Shown: positions 28,389 through 38,343, counted from the stretch's first letter. The stretch is 44,481 nt of DNA from Marine Group I thaumarchaeote (GCA_044358425.1 CP054849.1:914810-959290), one strand, 5' to 3'. Translations and numbers: made by a program. The notes: generated from the sequence alone by a model not told the origin.

Positions 28389-28539
28389 GATTGTGAATTT
28401 AAGAATACCTCACGATAATCGAACAAAAAGATGTAAAAATTTCAAAAGAAAATATAATTTATTCATTTAATTAAAAATAATAAAAAAATAGACTGTTTAA
28501 GAAAACATAGATGAAATCTTAATTTAAAAATTCAATTGT

Positions 28540-28731
28540 CTACTCTAATTTTTTGACTTTTTGTGCTGCTGGGCCTTTTTGGCCTTCTCCGATTTCAAAC
28601 TCGACTTTATCGCCTTCATTGATGAATCCATCAACGTCAGATTTGTGTACGAACATATCGTCGCCACCTTCTCTTTCGATAAAACCAAAGCCCTTAGTAC
28701 GGTTGAACCATTTTACGGTACCTTGTTCCAT
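28540..28731 (-). CDS. csp: Cold-shock domain protein (CspA family)
   Basis: GTVKWFN, KGFGFI (RNP1), MFVHKS (RNP2), KGPAA. Confidence 0.96.
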   Translation of the reverse strand: MEQGTVKWFNRTKGFGFIEREGGDDMFVHKSDVDGFINEGDKVEFEIGEGQKGPAAQKVKKLE

Positions 28732-28780
28732 AAATTCTGAAACAACGTAATCACTATATTAACTAAGGTATATTTTGATT

Positions 28781-29092
28781 CTAGAAATCTTTTGCAATAT
28801 GGCCATTATCTTTTAGCCATTCTACTTGTGGTAAAGTAAATCTCCAAACAATATCGCCACGTTCGTTGTCATTGAAATCCCAAGGAGCAATTATTACAAT
28901 ATCATTATCTCGAATCCATACACGTCTCTTTAATTTTCCACGAATTCTACCTCTTCTAGTAATATTATCATCACATTTAATCATGACATTTTCTCCACCC
29001 ATCATTTTCAATACTCTGCCAAACAGTTCACCCTCTTCAGGAAGACGAATCTCTTTTAGTGCACTCTCATTTTTTACTTGACGCTTACCCAC
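28781..29092 (-). CDS. eif1a: Translation initiation factor aIF1A
   Basis: GRIRGKLKRRVWIR..DIVIIAPWD, GDIVWRF; GTG 29092 is the likely start. Confidence 0.95.
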   Translation of the reverse strand: MGKRQVKNESALKEIRLPEEGELFGRVLKMMGGENVMIKCDDNITRRGRIRGKLKRRVWIRDNDIVIIAPWDFNDNERGDIVWRFTLPQVEWLKDNGHIAKDF

Positions 29093-29190
29093 AAAAAGTC
29101 TAGATCTAGTTACCATATAACTGATGAGGTTTTAAAAAAAGTAAAACAAAGATCAGAAGGAAATTTATCTATTTTAACAATAAACAAGAC

Positions 29191-29760
29191 ATGGAGTTTA
29201 GATGTGTTGAAGAATGTTCAGATTGTTGTGTTCAGCGAGAATATTATCCAACAAAACAATTTGGAAAAATAGGAGTACTAATTTTACCAAACGAAAAAGA
29301 AAAAATTGAGAAATTTGCTAATGACAATAAAATTGAAATTAAAATTTTGCCCAGAATAGGAGTTTCAGAAAATCCAAACCAAATTCCTACAAAAATTTTA
29401 GCTTATCAATTAATGGGAATTGAAGAAAATGGAAACACCTGTCCTTTTTTAGATACTGAAAGTGGGCAAAAATCAACTCACGGAGGATATCCATGCAAAA
29501 TATACAAGAGTAAACCACTTGCATGTAGTGCTTATCCATTAATTGAATCAAATCCAATAACACTTGACGAGAAATGCAAATTTTGTAAAGAATGTGGAAC
29601 TGCAAATCAAAATCTAGAGTTTGAGACAGAATCATTATTAAAAATTAAAGAAAATATGCAGACAAATGCAAATCACATTTGGAGATATGCAACGGGAATT
29701 GGTGAAAGAGAAGATAAAGAAATAATCAAGACAGGTTGGATTTTAGAAGAAGGGATTTAG
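29191..29760 (+). CDS. YkgJ/CxxCxxCC-family cysteine-cluster protein
   Basis: FRCVEECSDCC, CPFL, CKIY..KPLACSAYP. Confidence 0.85.
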   Translation: MEFRCVEECSDCCVQREYYPTKQFGKIGVLILPNEKEKIEKFANDNKIEIKILPRIGVSENPNQIPTKILAYQLMGIEENGNTCPFLDTESGQKSTHGGYPCKIYKSKPLACSAYPLIESNPITLDEKCKFCKECGTANQNLEFETESLLKIKENMQTNANHIWRYATGIGEREDKEIIKTGWILEEGI

Positions 29761-29761
29761 A

Positions 29762-30811
29762 TTAAGGATTAATTACTGCGCGTCCTAAAATTTTTCTATT
29801 CTTTAGATCATCTAAAGCACCAGTTGCTTCATCTAAAGTATAATGTTTAGATACAATTGGGTTGATAACACCTTGTTTTGCAAGTTCAATTAATTCAACC
29901 ATATCTTTGTAGTTTCCAGTATAAGCACCTTGGATTGTTATTGCCTTTAATGGCACAGATACTAAAGGTAAATCTACAGAACCACCAAACAAACCAACTA
30001 AGATAATATTTCCACGTTTTCTAACTACGGATAAATCAAGTTTTACAGTTGGAGGTGCATTGACAAAGTCAACTATGCTATCAACACCTTTTTCATTACA
30101 AATAGACATTATTTTTTGTGATGCATCACTTTCTTTCGTATTAATTACATCAGTTGCACCCAATTCTTTTGCAGTTTTTAATTTCTCATCATCAATATCA
30201 GCACAAATAATTTTACATTTTGCCATATGGTTTGCTATCTGAACACCCATCAAACCCAGACCACCTGCACCAACAATTAAAATTGATTCAGGATTATTTA
30301 CTAAAGCTTTTTTGATTGCTGTGTAAGCAGTTAATCCAGAGCATGCTAATGAGGATGCAGAATCAGGATCCACATTACCAATATTTGCTAAAAATTTGTA
30401 ATCAGGAACAATAACTTTTTCAGCATATCCTCCATCTTGGAAAACACCTAATGATTTAGGAGATTCACACAAATTTGTATCTCCTTTTTCACAAGTTGGA
30501 CATTTTGCACATCCAATCCAAGGGTAAACTAAGACAGTATCACCAATTTTCACATCAGTTACAGAGTCACCAATTTTTTCAACATTACCAACAACTTCAT
30601 GACCAGGAGTAACAGGGAATTTTACACCTCTATCTGTAACTTTCATGAATCCATCACCTGTATCATATCCACCTTCCCAAAGATGAAGATCACTATGACA
30701 GACTCCTGTAGAGACAACTTTGAGTAATACTTCAGTTCCTGTAGGATCGGTAATTTCAACTTGATGTAGTTCAAGTGGTTTATCAGGTTCAATTATTCGT
30801 GCTGCTTTCAC
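29762..30811 (-). CDS. adh: Zn-dependent medium-chain alcohol dehydrogenase
   Basis: GVCHSD, GHE, CAKCPTC...C, GAGGLG. Confidence 0.95.
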   Translation of the reverse strand: MKAARIIEPDKPLELHQVEITDPTGTEVLLKVVSTGVCHSDLHLWEGGYDTGDGFMKVTDRGVKFPVTPGHEVVGNVEKIGDSVTDVKIGDTVLVYPWIGCAKCPTCEKGDTNLCESPKSLGVFQDGGYAEKVIVPDYKFLANIGNVDPDSASSLACSGLTAYTAIKKALVNNPESILIVGAGGLGLMGVQIANHMAKCKIICADIDDEKLKTAKELGATDVINTKESDASQKIMSICNEKGVDSIVDFVNAPPTVKLDLSVVRKRGNIILVGLFGGSVDLPLVSVPLKAITIQGAYTGNYKDMVELIELAKQGVINPIVSKHYTLDEATGALDDLKNRKILGRAVINP

Positions 30812-30905
30812 AAAAGGAATTTGTTATTTTGCAATATAAGAGTTGACTGGAAGTAAGAAAAAAGTAGAGTAATTAGATATTATGGAATAATAAAATAGTC
30901 AATCT

Positions 30906-31592
30906 GTGAGTGATCCACAAACACCAAACAGTATTTCTCAAGAACCAGTAAATATCCTATTCAGTCCCTCATCAGTAATTAAAAAAGATGTTTGGGAAAT
31001 AGATTTAATTCAGATTTTGAATTTATTAATTAAAATTCTTGAAAAAACTGGAAAAAAAGATCTTAAAGTTGCAGGAATGGCAGCACTGTCATCATCATTA
31101 ATTTACAGAATGAAAGTAGAAAGTATTTTTGCATTACAAAGGGCAGCAATGGAGAAAAAACCAACCACACAAAGAACTGACGTAGACATTGAACTAATCG
31201 ATATTCCTTATAGACATGAATCAACATATCCAGTTTCATTAGATGATTTGTTAGGACTATTGCAAAACCTCATTGGAACAATTGCAAATCCACAATCACG
31301 AAGAAACAAAAAATTAGATATTGAACCAATTGAAGCACCTGATTTTCAAGAATACTTTATTTCATTAGAAAGCATTATTGGAAAATATGAAGAATTGATT
31401 ATGAAAAAAATTGCAAGTAAGAAATTCGGATTACTACAAGAAATTATTGCTGATTTAGATCAAGTGGATTCTATAAGGTGTTTCTTTGCAGCATTATTTT
31501 TAGCAAGAGACCAAAAAGTAGATTTGGAGCAACAAAACGATGATATCAAAATCATACTCATGGATAATCAGCCAGAAGTAGAAAATGTTTAA
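30906..31592 (+). CDS. scpA: Segregation/condensation protein A (kleisin)
   Basis: DVWEIDL, FFAALFLA; upstream of scpB. Confidence 0.85.
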   Translation: MSDPQTPNSISQEPVNILFSPSSVIKKDVWEIDLIQILNLLIKILEKTGKKDLKVAGMAALSSSLIYRMKVESIFALQRAAMEKKPTTQRTDVDIELIDIPYRHESTYPVSLDDLLGLLQNLIGTIANPQSRRNKKLDIEPIEAPDFQEYFISLESIIGKYEELIMKKIASKKFGLLQEIIADLDQVDSIRCFFAALFLARDQKVDLEQQNDDIKIILMDNQPEVENV

Positions 31593-31619
31593 CAGAAATC
31601 AAAAGGAGAATAAATCAAG

Positions 31620-32198
31620 ATGGTAAGAGTTGAAGATATAACTGAAGCAACTGCAAGAATTGAGGCAGCCCTATATTCAGCTGGAAGGCCACTTAGAATA
31701 GAAGACATTGTTAGAGCGTCAGGCACAGAATCTAGAACAAAGACATTAGATTTACTTGAAACTATTATGAAAAAAACAAAAACAGCATTCAAAGCATTAG
31801 AAATTGTTATTTTACCAGATGGAACATATGTAATGCAATTAAAACCAGAATACAGTTCCACAGTTAAAAGATATGCATCAAAACCAGTTTTACCAAATGC
31901 AACATTAAAGACATTATCATATATTGCATACATGCAACCAATCGCATCAAAACAACTTGTAGAAACAAGAGGTTCAGGGGTTTATGCACATCTTAAAGAA
32001 CTAAGACAATTAGATTACATCACTCATCAAAATGTAGGTAGATTGAAAATTTATACAACTACTGAAAAATTCCAAAAATATTTTGGAATTAAAGGAGATG
32101 TTGAAGATCTTAAATCAAGATTATTTTCAAAAGTAAGAAAAACTGCAAGTAAAGGTCAAACAAACAGCTCACCGCAAATCACAGCAGAAAGTAAATAG
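31620..32198 (+). CDS. scpB: Segregation/condensation protein B
   Basis: IEAALY, TLSYIAYMQPI, TTEKFQKYFG. Confidence 0.93.
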   Translation: MVRVEDITEATARIEAALYSAGRPLRIEDIVRASGTESRTKTLDLLETIMKKTKTAFKALEIVILPDGTYVMQLKPEYSSTVKRYASKPVLPNATLKTLSYIAYMQPIASKQLVETRGSGVYAHLKELRQLDYITHQNVGRLKIYTTTEKFQKYFGIKGDVEDLKSRLFSKVRKTASKGQTNSSPQITAESK

Positions 32199-32264
32199 AG
32201 AAATTTTGATTTAAGGCTAATTTATGGCGTTTTGTATAAATTAGAGTAATTCAACTAATTTTTT

Positions 32265-32648
32265 GTGAGAAAATCAGTAGAGAATCTAGCAACCAGTAAA
32301 ATTACTGGAGGACGAAGAAGTCCACTTAGAATTAGAAGAAAATATGAAACTGATAGATATCCAAATGAAGCAGTTAATGGAGCTCAAGTAACAGTAACAA
32401 GACGTGTTCGCGGAAGTAACAACAAAGTTGCACTAAAATCAATTGATTTTGTTAATTTAGCAACAGGTGACTCCAAAGTAATTAAATCAAAAATTATCAA
32501 AGTTTTAGATAATGCTACAAACAATGATTACAGAAGAAGAGGAATAATTAGCAAGGGTGCAATTCTTGAAACAAAAGAAGGCAAATGCAAAGTTGTTTCC
32601 AAACCAGGACAAACTGGAATAGCTAACGCAATTTTACTTAAGGAATAA
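32265..32648 (+). CDS. rps8e: Ribosomal protein S8e
   Basis: KITGGR, RVRGSN.K, IISKGAI, SKPGQTG. Confidence 0.95.
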   Translation: MRKSVENLATSKITGGRRSPLRIRRKYETDRYPNEAVNGAQVTVTRRVRGSNNKVALKSIDFVNLATGDSKVIKSKIIKVLDNATNNDYRRRGIISKGAILETKEGKCKVVSKPGQTGIANAILLKE

Positions 32649-32649
32649 A

Positions 32650-32949
32650 ATGAAGGATTACGAGCACGTCGTAATCTGGTTGGATTATTTTAATAAAAAT
32701 TTAAAAAAATCAAAAGGTAGAAGATTAGGATTAGAAAAATGTATTTTTGATCCTTCTCTAAAAGAACTAATCGATGCTACAAAATCAGCTGGTTATGAAA
32801 TTGCAGAATCAGAAGAGAAGGTAAGATTTCCAAGAAGACCGTTTGTAAGGTCAGGGTATGTTGTGTTGCCAAAAGGATCCTCTAAGACAATAATTCTTAA
32901 CAAAATTTCACAAAAACTTGTTTCAAAAAGAGCCAAGCAAACAAAATAA
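32650..32949 (+). CDS. srp19: Signal recognition particle 19 kDa protein
   Basis: VIWLDYFN...KGRR, PSLKEL, FPR...GYVV. Confidence 0.88.
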   Translation: MKDYEHVVIWLDYFNKNLKKSKGRRLGLEKCIFDPSLKELIDATKSAGYEIAESEEKVRFPRRPFVRSGYVVLPKGSSKTIILNKISQKLVSKRAKQTK

Positions 32950-33023
32950 AATGAATTCTAGCTGTTAGCTAAAGTAAAGTTGACAGAAGTCTATGATAGT
33001 GTCAGCATATCTAGTATTGTTAA

Positions 33024-33293
33024 TTGCAGGAGGTAGGCGAAATAATGCACCTAGCCGGTAGTGGCAGGGTAATCGTTCAACTTTCAAAAGAATTAGTTGA
33101 AGGACAGATACTCTGTGACAACAAAGGAACTAGAGTTGCAAAAGTAATGGAACTAATTGGTCCAATAAAAAGGCCGTTTGCATCAGCAACGCCTTTAACA
33201 AATAGTATAAACAAATTTGTTGGAAAACAAGTTTTCATTTTTGACCAAACTACTGCAAATAAACCAAAAAAATTTAGGAGAAAAAGAAGATGA
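33024..33293 (+). CDS. gar1: H/ACA RNP protein Gar1
   Basis: VGEIMH...V.ELIGPIKRPF; gar1-tfb synteny. Confidence 0.85.
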   Translation: MQEVGEIMHLAGSGRVIVQLSKELVEGQILCDNKGTRVAKVMELIGPIKRPFASATPLTNSINKFVGKQVFIFDQTTANKPKKFRRKRR

Positions 33294-34246
33294 ACATATT
33301 ACAAACCGAAAACTGCCCAGAATGCAAATCATCATTGATTGATGATATGCAAAATGGCGAAATAATCTGTTCTGGTTGTGGAGTAGTTGTCGATGATCAG
33401 ATTACAGATAGTGGTCCAGAAACAATAAGTTCGAATCTCGAAGACAAAATGAAGCTTGCAAGAGCAACAGGACAAACAACCTATTCTCAACATGATTTGG
33501 GAATAACAACTGAGATTTCAATTAGTGCAAAAGACTTCAGTGGAAAAAGAATCAATCACGAAGTTGCAAACCAAATGAATCATCTCAGAAAATGGCAACA
33601 AAGAGTAAGAGTATCAACACCAAAAGAAAGACGACTCGCAAATGTTTTAGCAAAAATGGGTGAAACATGTGAATCACTTAATCTTTCGAAAAATGTGTTG
33701 GAAACAACTTCAATGATTTATAGAAATTTAGACGGACATATGGATGTCAAAGGAAAATCAGTTGTTTGTATTACAGCAGCAACAATCTACATGGCATGCA
33801 AACAATGTGATGTGGTAAGATCATTAGAAGAAATTTGCCGAGAAATTGTTCCAGCAAAAGATGTTAAATCAAAAACAAAACTTGCAGCAAGATATTACAG
33901 AACCATGGTAATGGAAATGGGCGCAATTAAAGCTCCAGTACTTACTATGGACAAATACATCTCAAAGATAGCAAACATGACACAAACAGAGGTTAGAGTA
34001 GAAAGACTAGCCTTAGAAATTGCAGAAAAGACAAAAGATAACAGTATTTCAGATGGAAAATCTCCAAACGGAATTGCTGCAGCATATCTTTATGTCTCAT
34101 CAGTACTACTTGGACAAAATGTACTACAAAGAGACGTTTCAAGTATTGCAGGTGTAACAGAAGTCACTATCAGAAATAGATGTAAAGAGATTCTAACAAA
34201 TCATAAACTCAAAATTACTTTGAGACCTTCTCTGGCCAAATATTAA
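33290..34246 (+). CDS. tfb: Transcription initiation factor B
   Basis: CPEC...GEIICSGCGVV zinc ribbon, LRKWQ, cyclin repeats, GVTEVTIRNR. Confidence 0.95.
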   Translation: MNILQTENCPECKSSLIDDMQNGEIICSGCGVVVDDQITDSGPETISSNLEDKMKLARATGQTTYSQHDLGITTEISISAKDFSGKRINHEVANQMNHLRKWQQRVRVSTPKERRLANVLAKMGETCESLNLSKNVLETTSMIYRNLDGHMDVKGKSVVCITAATIYMACKQCDVVRSLEEICREIVPAKDVKSKTKLAARYYRTMVMEMGAIKAPVLTMDKYISKIANMTQTEVRVERLALEIAEKTKDNSISDGKSPNGIAAAYLYVSSVLLGQNVLQRDVSSIAGVTEVTIRNRCKEILTNHKLKITLRPSLAKY

Positions 34247-34248
34247 CA

Positions 34249-34258
34249 CCCCCCCCCC
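34249..34258 (+). repeat. C10 homopolymer
   Basis: Ten consecutive C starting 3 nt after the tfb stop, followed by a T-rich tract. Confidence 0.9.
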
Positions 34259-34336
34259 TTTTCATTTTATTAAAAAAGCCGTTAGGATTAGCTAAATTTC
34301 GTCGGTATTATATAGAGAATCAAAATTCTTTGGAAT

Positions 34337-35107
34337 ATGGTAGTATTAGAAATCAAAGATCTACACGTATCTAGAGAAGGTAAAGAAATTCTAAAAGGAG
34401 TCAACCTAAAAACAGGTCCTGGCGAAGTACATGCAATTATGGGACCAAATGGTTCAGGAAAAAGTACATTATCTTATACATTATTAGCACATCCAAAATA
34501 CGAAGTTACAAAAGGAGATATTCTATTAGATGGAGAAAGCATTTTAGATTTAACAGCAGATGAAAGAGCTAAAAAAGGATTATTTTTAGCATTTCAATAT
34601 CCAACTGAAGTTTCAGGAGTAGGATTCTCACATTTCTTAAGAACAGCATATAATTCTCTCAGTAAAGCAATGGAAGGGGACGATAGAGAAGTATTCATCA
34701 CAGTAAGAGAATTCCAAAAATATCTAAAAGAAAATTTAGAAAAAGTTGGATTAAGAGAAGAATTTCTTTCCAGATATCTTAATGAGGGATTTTCAGGTGG
34801 GGAGAAAAAACGTGCAGAAGTTTTACAGATGGCAGTCTTAAAACCTAAAATTTCAATTCTAGACGAACCAGATTCTGGATTAGATATAGATGCAGTTCAA
34901 TCAGTAGCTCAAGCAATCAGTAAAGTTTCAACAAAAGATGCAACAGTAATAATTATCACACACTATGCTAGAATTTTAAAATTCTTAGATAAATTAGATT
35001 ATGTTCACGTATTTGCCCAAGGCAAAGTACTTGAAACAGGCGATGCATCTCTTGCAGACAAACTAGAAGCCGAAGGTTATGAATGGGCTTTAGAAAAAGC
35101 AGCATAA
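34337..35107 (+). CDS. sufC: Fe-S cluster assembly ATPase
   Basis: GPNGSGKST, FLAFQYP, NEGFSGGEKKR, LDEPDSGLD, ITHY. Confidence 0.96.
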   Translation: MVVLEIKDLHVSREGKEILKGVNLKTGPGEVHAIMGPNGSGKSTLSYTLLAHPKYEVTKGDILLDGESILDLTADERAKKGLFLAFQYPTEVSGVGFSHFLRTAYNSLSKAMEGDDREVFITVREFQKYLKENLEKVGLREEFLSRYLNEGFSGGEKKRAEVLQMAVLKPKISILDEPDSGLDIDAVQSVAQAISKVSTKDATVIIITHYARILKFLDKLDYVHVFAQGKVLETGDASLADKLEAEGYEWALEKAA

Positions 35108-35122
35108 TTAGAATTTAAAATC

Positions 35123-35797
35123 ATGTCAGAAAATAGTGAACAATACTTTTTCAATTTTTCATTTTTCAAAGTTGATCCTAAATGGAGATGGATGGCAGAT
35201 TTAGCAAAAGAAGAATCAGCAAAAGAAGTAGAAAATATCATTAGCAATTCAGGTATAATGTTTAGATCATATTCAAATTTAGGATTAAGAGATGATGCAG
35301 ATTTTTTATTTTGGTTTGCAGCTAAAACAGTAGAAGAAATTCAAATTGTGATTGAAAAATTATACAAGACAGTATTTGGAAAATACATTATTGCATCAAT
35401 GACATATTTGTCATGTACTAGACCATCACTTTATGTAAAAGATCAAAAAGCATTAGGTTTCATGACAGGAAATAATCCAAAAAAACACGTCATTGTATAT
35501 CCATTTACAAAAACAAGAGAATGGTATCTATTACCAAAAGAGAAACGTCAAGAAATAATGGATGAACATATTGAAGTAAGTAAAAAATATCCACAAATAG
35601 TACTCAACACAACTTATTCATTTGGAATACATGACGAAGATTTCATGCTAGCCTTCGAAGTAGATGAAATCAGAGATTTCCAAGATTTAATCATGGATTT
35701 AAGAGAAACACAAGTTTCAACATATGTAAAAAATGATATTCCAATGATTGTGTGTGTAAAAAAAGACATTATCCCGCTAATTACTAGTTTGGGCTAA
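35123..35797 (+). CDS. Chlorite-dismutase-superfamily protein, probable coproheme decarboxylase (ChdC/HemQ-like)
   Basis: YPFTK..EWY, MDEH proximal His, YSFG..DEDF; near the heme genes. Confidence 0.75.
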   Translation: MSENSEQYFFNFSFFKVDPKWRWMADLAKEESAKEVENIISNSGIMFRSYSNLGLRDDADFLFWFAAKTVEEIQIVIEKLYKTVFGKYIIASMTYLSCTRPSLYVKDQKALGFMTGNNPKKHVIVYPFTKTREWYLLPKEKRQEIMDEHIEVSKKYPQIVLNTTYSFGIHDEDFMLAFEVDEIRDFQDLIMDLRETQVSTYVKNDIPMIVCVKKDIIPLITSLG

Positions 35798-35886
35798 GCA
35801 TTAAAACAAAATAACAGAGTCACAAATCTCGGATAAACATAAATGATGAATTTTCAAATAAAAAATGAAATTAAAAGGAGATAAAA

Positions 35887-36885
35887 TTGAATTACAATAA
35901 ACTTGGAAAAACAGACATCAAAGTATCAGAATTAGGATTTGGCGCATGGTCAATTGCACTAGATTGGTGGGGTAAGAAAATTGAAGAAGATGAAGCAAAA
36001 AGAATGTTAAAAAAAGCATATGATTTAGGAATCAACTTTTTTGAGACTGGAGATATGTATGGAAAAGGAAAAAGTGAAAGACTGATTGGCGAAGTTTTCA
36101 AAGATATGAGAGATGAAGTTGTACTATCTACAAAGTACGGTTATGATTTCTCAGAAGTTGAACAAATTGGGCATGCAGAATTACCTCAAAAATTTGATGA
36201 AGATTTTACTAGAAAGGCATTAAGAAATAGTTTAGAAAGATTACAAACTGATCATTTAGACATGTATGGACTACATAATCCAAAATTAAACCACATTAGA
36301 GATGATTCTATTTTCAATTTGCTAGATAGTTTTGTCGAAGATAAATCAATTAGCACATATCAAGTAGCTTTAGGTCCTGCAATTGGATGGACACAAGAGG
36401 GCTTAGAAGCAATGGATAGACCGAACGTTAGCGCAGTTCAAACAGTTTACAATATTTTAGAACAAACTCCAGGAAATGAATTAATGACAAAAGCACAAGA
36501 AAAAGATGTAGGAATTCTTGTCAGAGTTCCAGAAGCATCAGGAATACTTACAGGAAAAGTAAATGCAGAAACTAAAATTGATGAAAAAGATCATAGATCA
36601 GTGCGAAAAGGAGAATGGATTAAAGCATCATTAGAAAAAGTCGAAAAATTAAAACCAATTGCAGAAAGAAATGATTTAACAATTACAGAACTATCAATGA
36701 AATTCATTATGTCAAAGAAAGGATTTGCATCAGTGTTTCCAACAGTAGTAAGTGAAGAAGAGATTGTAAATTATGTTGAGATGACTAAAGGTGGATATAT
36801 CTCAGCATCAGATATGAAAGAAATTGAAGAACTATACAATACATGGCCATCTTATGAATTAAAAGCAACTCCACAAACAAGCTAA
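35887..36885 (+). CDS. Aldo/keto reductase
   Basis: VSELGFG, GINFFETGDMYG.G.SE, STK, SLERLQTDHLD, YNIL. Confidence 0.93.
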   Translation: MNYNKLGKTDIKVSELGFGAWSIALDWWGKKIEEDEAKRMLKKAYDLGINFFETGDMYGKGKSERLIGEVFKDMRDEVVLSTKYGYDFSEVEQIGHAELPQKFDEDFTRKALRNSLERLQTDHLDMYGLHNPKLNHIRDDSIFNLLDSFVEDKSISTYQVALGPAIGWTQEGLEAMDRPNVSAVQTVYNILEQTPGNELMTKAQEKDVGILVRVPEASGILTGKVNAETKIDEKDHRSVRKGEWIKASLEKVEKLKPIAERNDLTITELSMKFIMSKKGFASVFPTVVSEEEIVNYVEMTKGGYISASDMKEIEELYNTWPSYELKATPQTS

Positions 36886-36892
36886 ATATTAA

Positions 36893-37231
36893 ATGAAAAA
36901 ACCAATTAACATAGAAAAAACTCTTGAAATTATTGAAAGAATGAAACTAGCCAAAATTGGCGATTATAAAAAATGGGAGACAATTATTAAAAAAATTAAT
37001 AAAAAACAAGGTCTGAATGCAGAGGAATTAGAATATTATTCAAATTTAACACGAATTTACAAAGACTCATCAGTTACAAGTAGAACAAAAATTTACCATA
37101 CAAAATTATCAAAAGAAGACAAAAAACCTCCGTGTAAAGAATGTGGAGAAGATTCGCTATACTACTGTAACATGAATGATCAATATTTTTGCAACATACA
37201 TGTTGTAGGGCACGATAAAAATGAAGTTTAA
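36893..37231 (+). CDS. Hypothetical protein with C-terminal Cys/His zinc finger
   Basis: CKEC-x7-C-x7-CNIHVVGH. Confidence 0.75.
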   Translation: MKKPINIEKTLEIIERMKLAKIGDYKKWETIIKKINKKQGLNAEELEYYSNLTRIYKDSSVTSRTKIYHTKLSKEDKKPPCKECGEDSLYYCNMNDQYFCNIHVVGHDKNEV

Positions 37232-38250
37232 GAAGTTGCTGCGTCTTCTAAACTAAAAGAATTTTCTACAAAATATTCAACACGAGTTTTTTTGAATTCA
37301 CGTGAACTAAATAAAATTCTAAATTCATCAACATTAATTTGATTTTGAATTGTTTTAGCAACATCATTTGCCTCATCTTGTGTTTTACAATGAATCATTG
37401 AAAATACATTATATGGCCAATCATCATAAGTAGGACGCTCATAACAATGACTAACTTGAGGAAATGAACCCAATGTCTCACCAACTGAAGTAATTCTATC
37501 TTCAGGAACCTTCCAAACTATCATACCATTTGCAGTAAATCCAACTTGACGATGTCTAAGAATAGCTGCAAATCTTCGTAAAACACCAATACCCTCATAG
37601 TGTTTCATTTTTGCAAATAACTCATCTTCAGTCATTCCAAGATTATTTGCTGCTTTTACAAATGGTTCATCAATTATTTCCATATCCTTTTGTAATTCAC
37701 GGATAAAATCTTTATCTTGTTCAGTGGGTTCAAATTTAACATTTTTAATTTCTTTTTTTTCTTCAGTTGGTGCAACATCATGTTTTTTGTCATCAACCAT
37801 GTCAAGTTTAACACCAATTTTGAATAATTGTAATGTTGGAAGCATCCTAACTTTTTTAATTCCTTTCAATACATTGAATTTTTCAAGTTCTATTTTCAAA
37901 TCAGCTCCTGGAGGAACTGCTAGAGTGAACCAAAGATTGAATTGATGATCACGCTCATAGTTATGACTAACTCCAGGATGACGATTAATTTGTGAAGCTA
38001 CATAATCTAATTTATCATGTTCAATCTCCATCGCAACTAATGAACTAGTATAACCTAGTTTTCGTGTATCAAATATTGCACTTAGTTGTCGTAAAACACC
38101 AATTTCTTTCAAATGGTTTAATTTTTCTTTAATAACTTCAGGAGTAGTATCAAATTTTTTAGCAATAGCATCAAATGGCCTAGTAACTAAAGGGAAAGTC
38201 CATTGAATTTCATTTAGAAGTTCCTTATCAGATTCGCCTAAAGAAGACAA
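37228..38250 (-). CDS. ahbAB: Siroheme decarboxylase, fused AhbA-AhbB (Lrp/AsnC-like fold twice)
   Basis: VSHNYER..FNLWFT and VSHCYER...WPYNVFSMIH halves; divergent from sirC-hemA. TTG 38250 is the likely start. Confidence 0.88.
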   Translation of the reverse strand: MSSLGESDKELLNEIQWTFPLVTRPFDAIAKKFDTTPEVIKEKLNHLKEIGVLRQLSAIFDTRKLGYTSSLVAMEIEHDKLDYVASQINRHPGVSHNYERDHQFNLWFTLAVPPGADLKIELEKFNVLKGIKKVRMLPTLQLFKIGVKLDMVDDKKHDVAPTEEKKEIKNVKFEPTEQDKDFIRELQKDMEIIDEPFVKAANNLGMTEDELFAKMKHYEGIGVLRRFAAILRHRQVGFTANGMIVWKVPEDRITSVGETLGSFPQVSHCYERPTYDDWPYNVFSMIHCKTQDEANDVAKTIQNQINVDEFRILFSSREFKKTRVEYFVENSFSLEDAATS

Positions 38251-38343
38251 TACGTGAATTACCTGGCAATTCAATTAAAAATGTAGCTAGTATTTGAAAA
38301 ATTGGTTTTAATACATAAATAGAAACTGAGGGGTGTTGGATCG

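Noticed and set aside
27295-28540. Integrated element at the tRNA-Tyr 3' end
   Set aside because: No integrase and no repeat of the tRNA 3' end found by eye.
29100-29109. CTAGATCTAG palindrome upstream of eif1a
   Set aside because: A 10-bp palindrome is expected by chance many times in 44 kb, and there is no further support.
30906-35107. scpAB without smc, and sufC without sufB, as novel systems
   Set aside because: Dispersal of these partner genes is common in archaea; they probably lie elsewhere in the genome.
35840-35890. ATGATGA as the C box of another C/D sRNA
   Set aside because: No convincing D'/C' pair or terminal stem; the would-be guides are A-rich and the region is the leader of the aldo/keto reductase gene.
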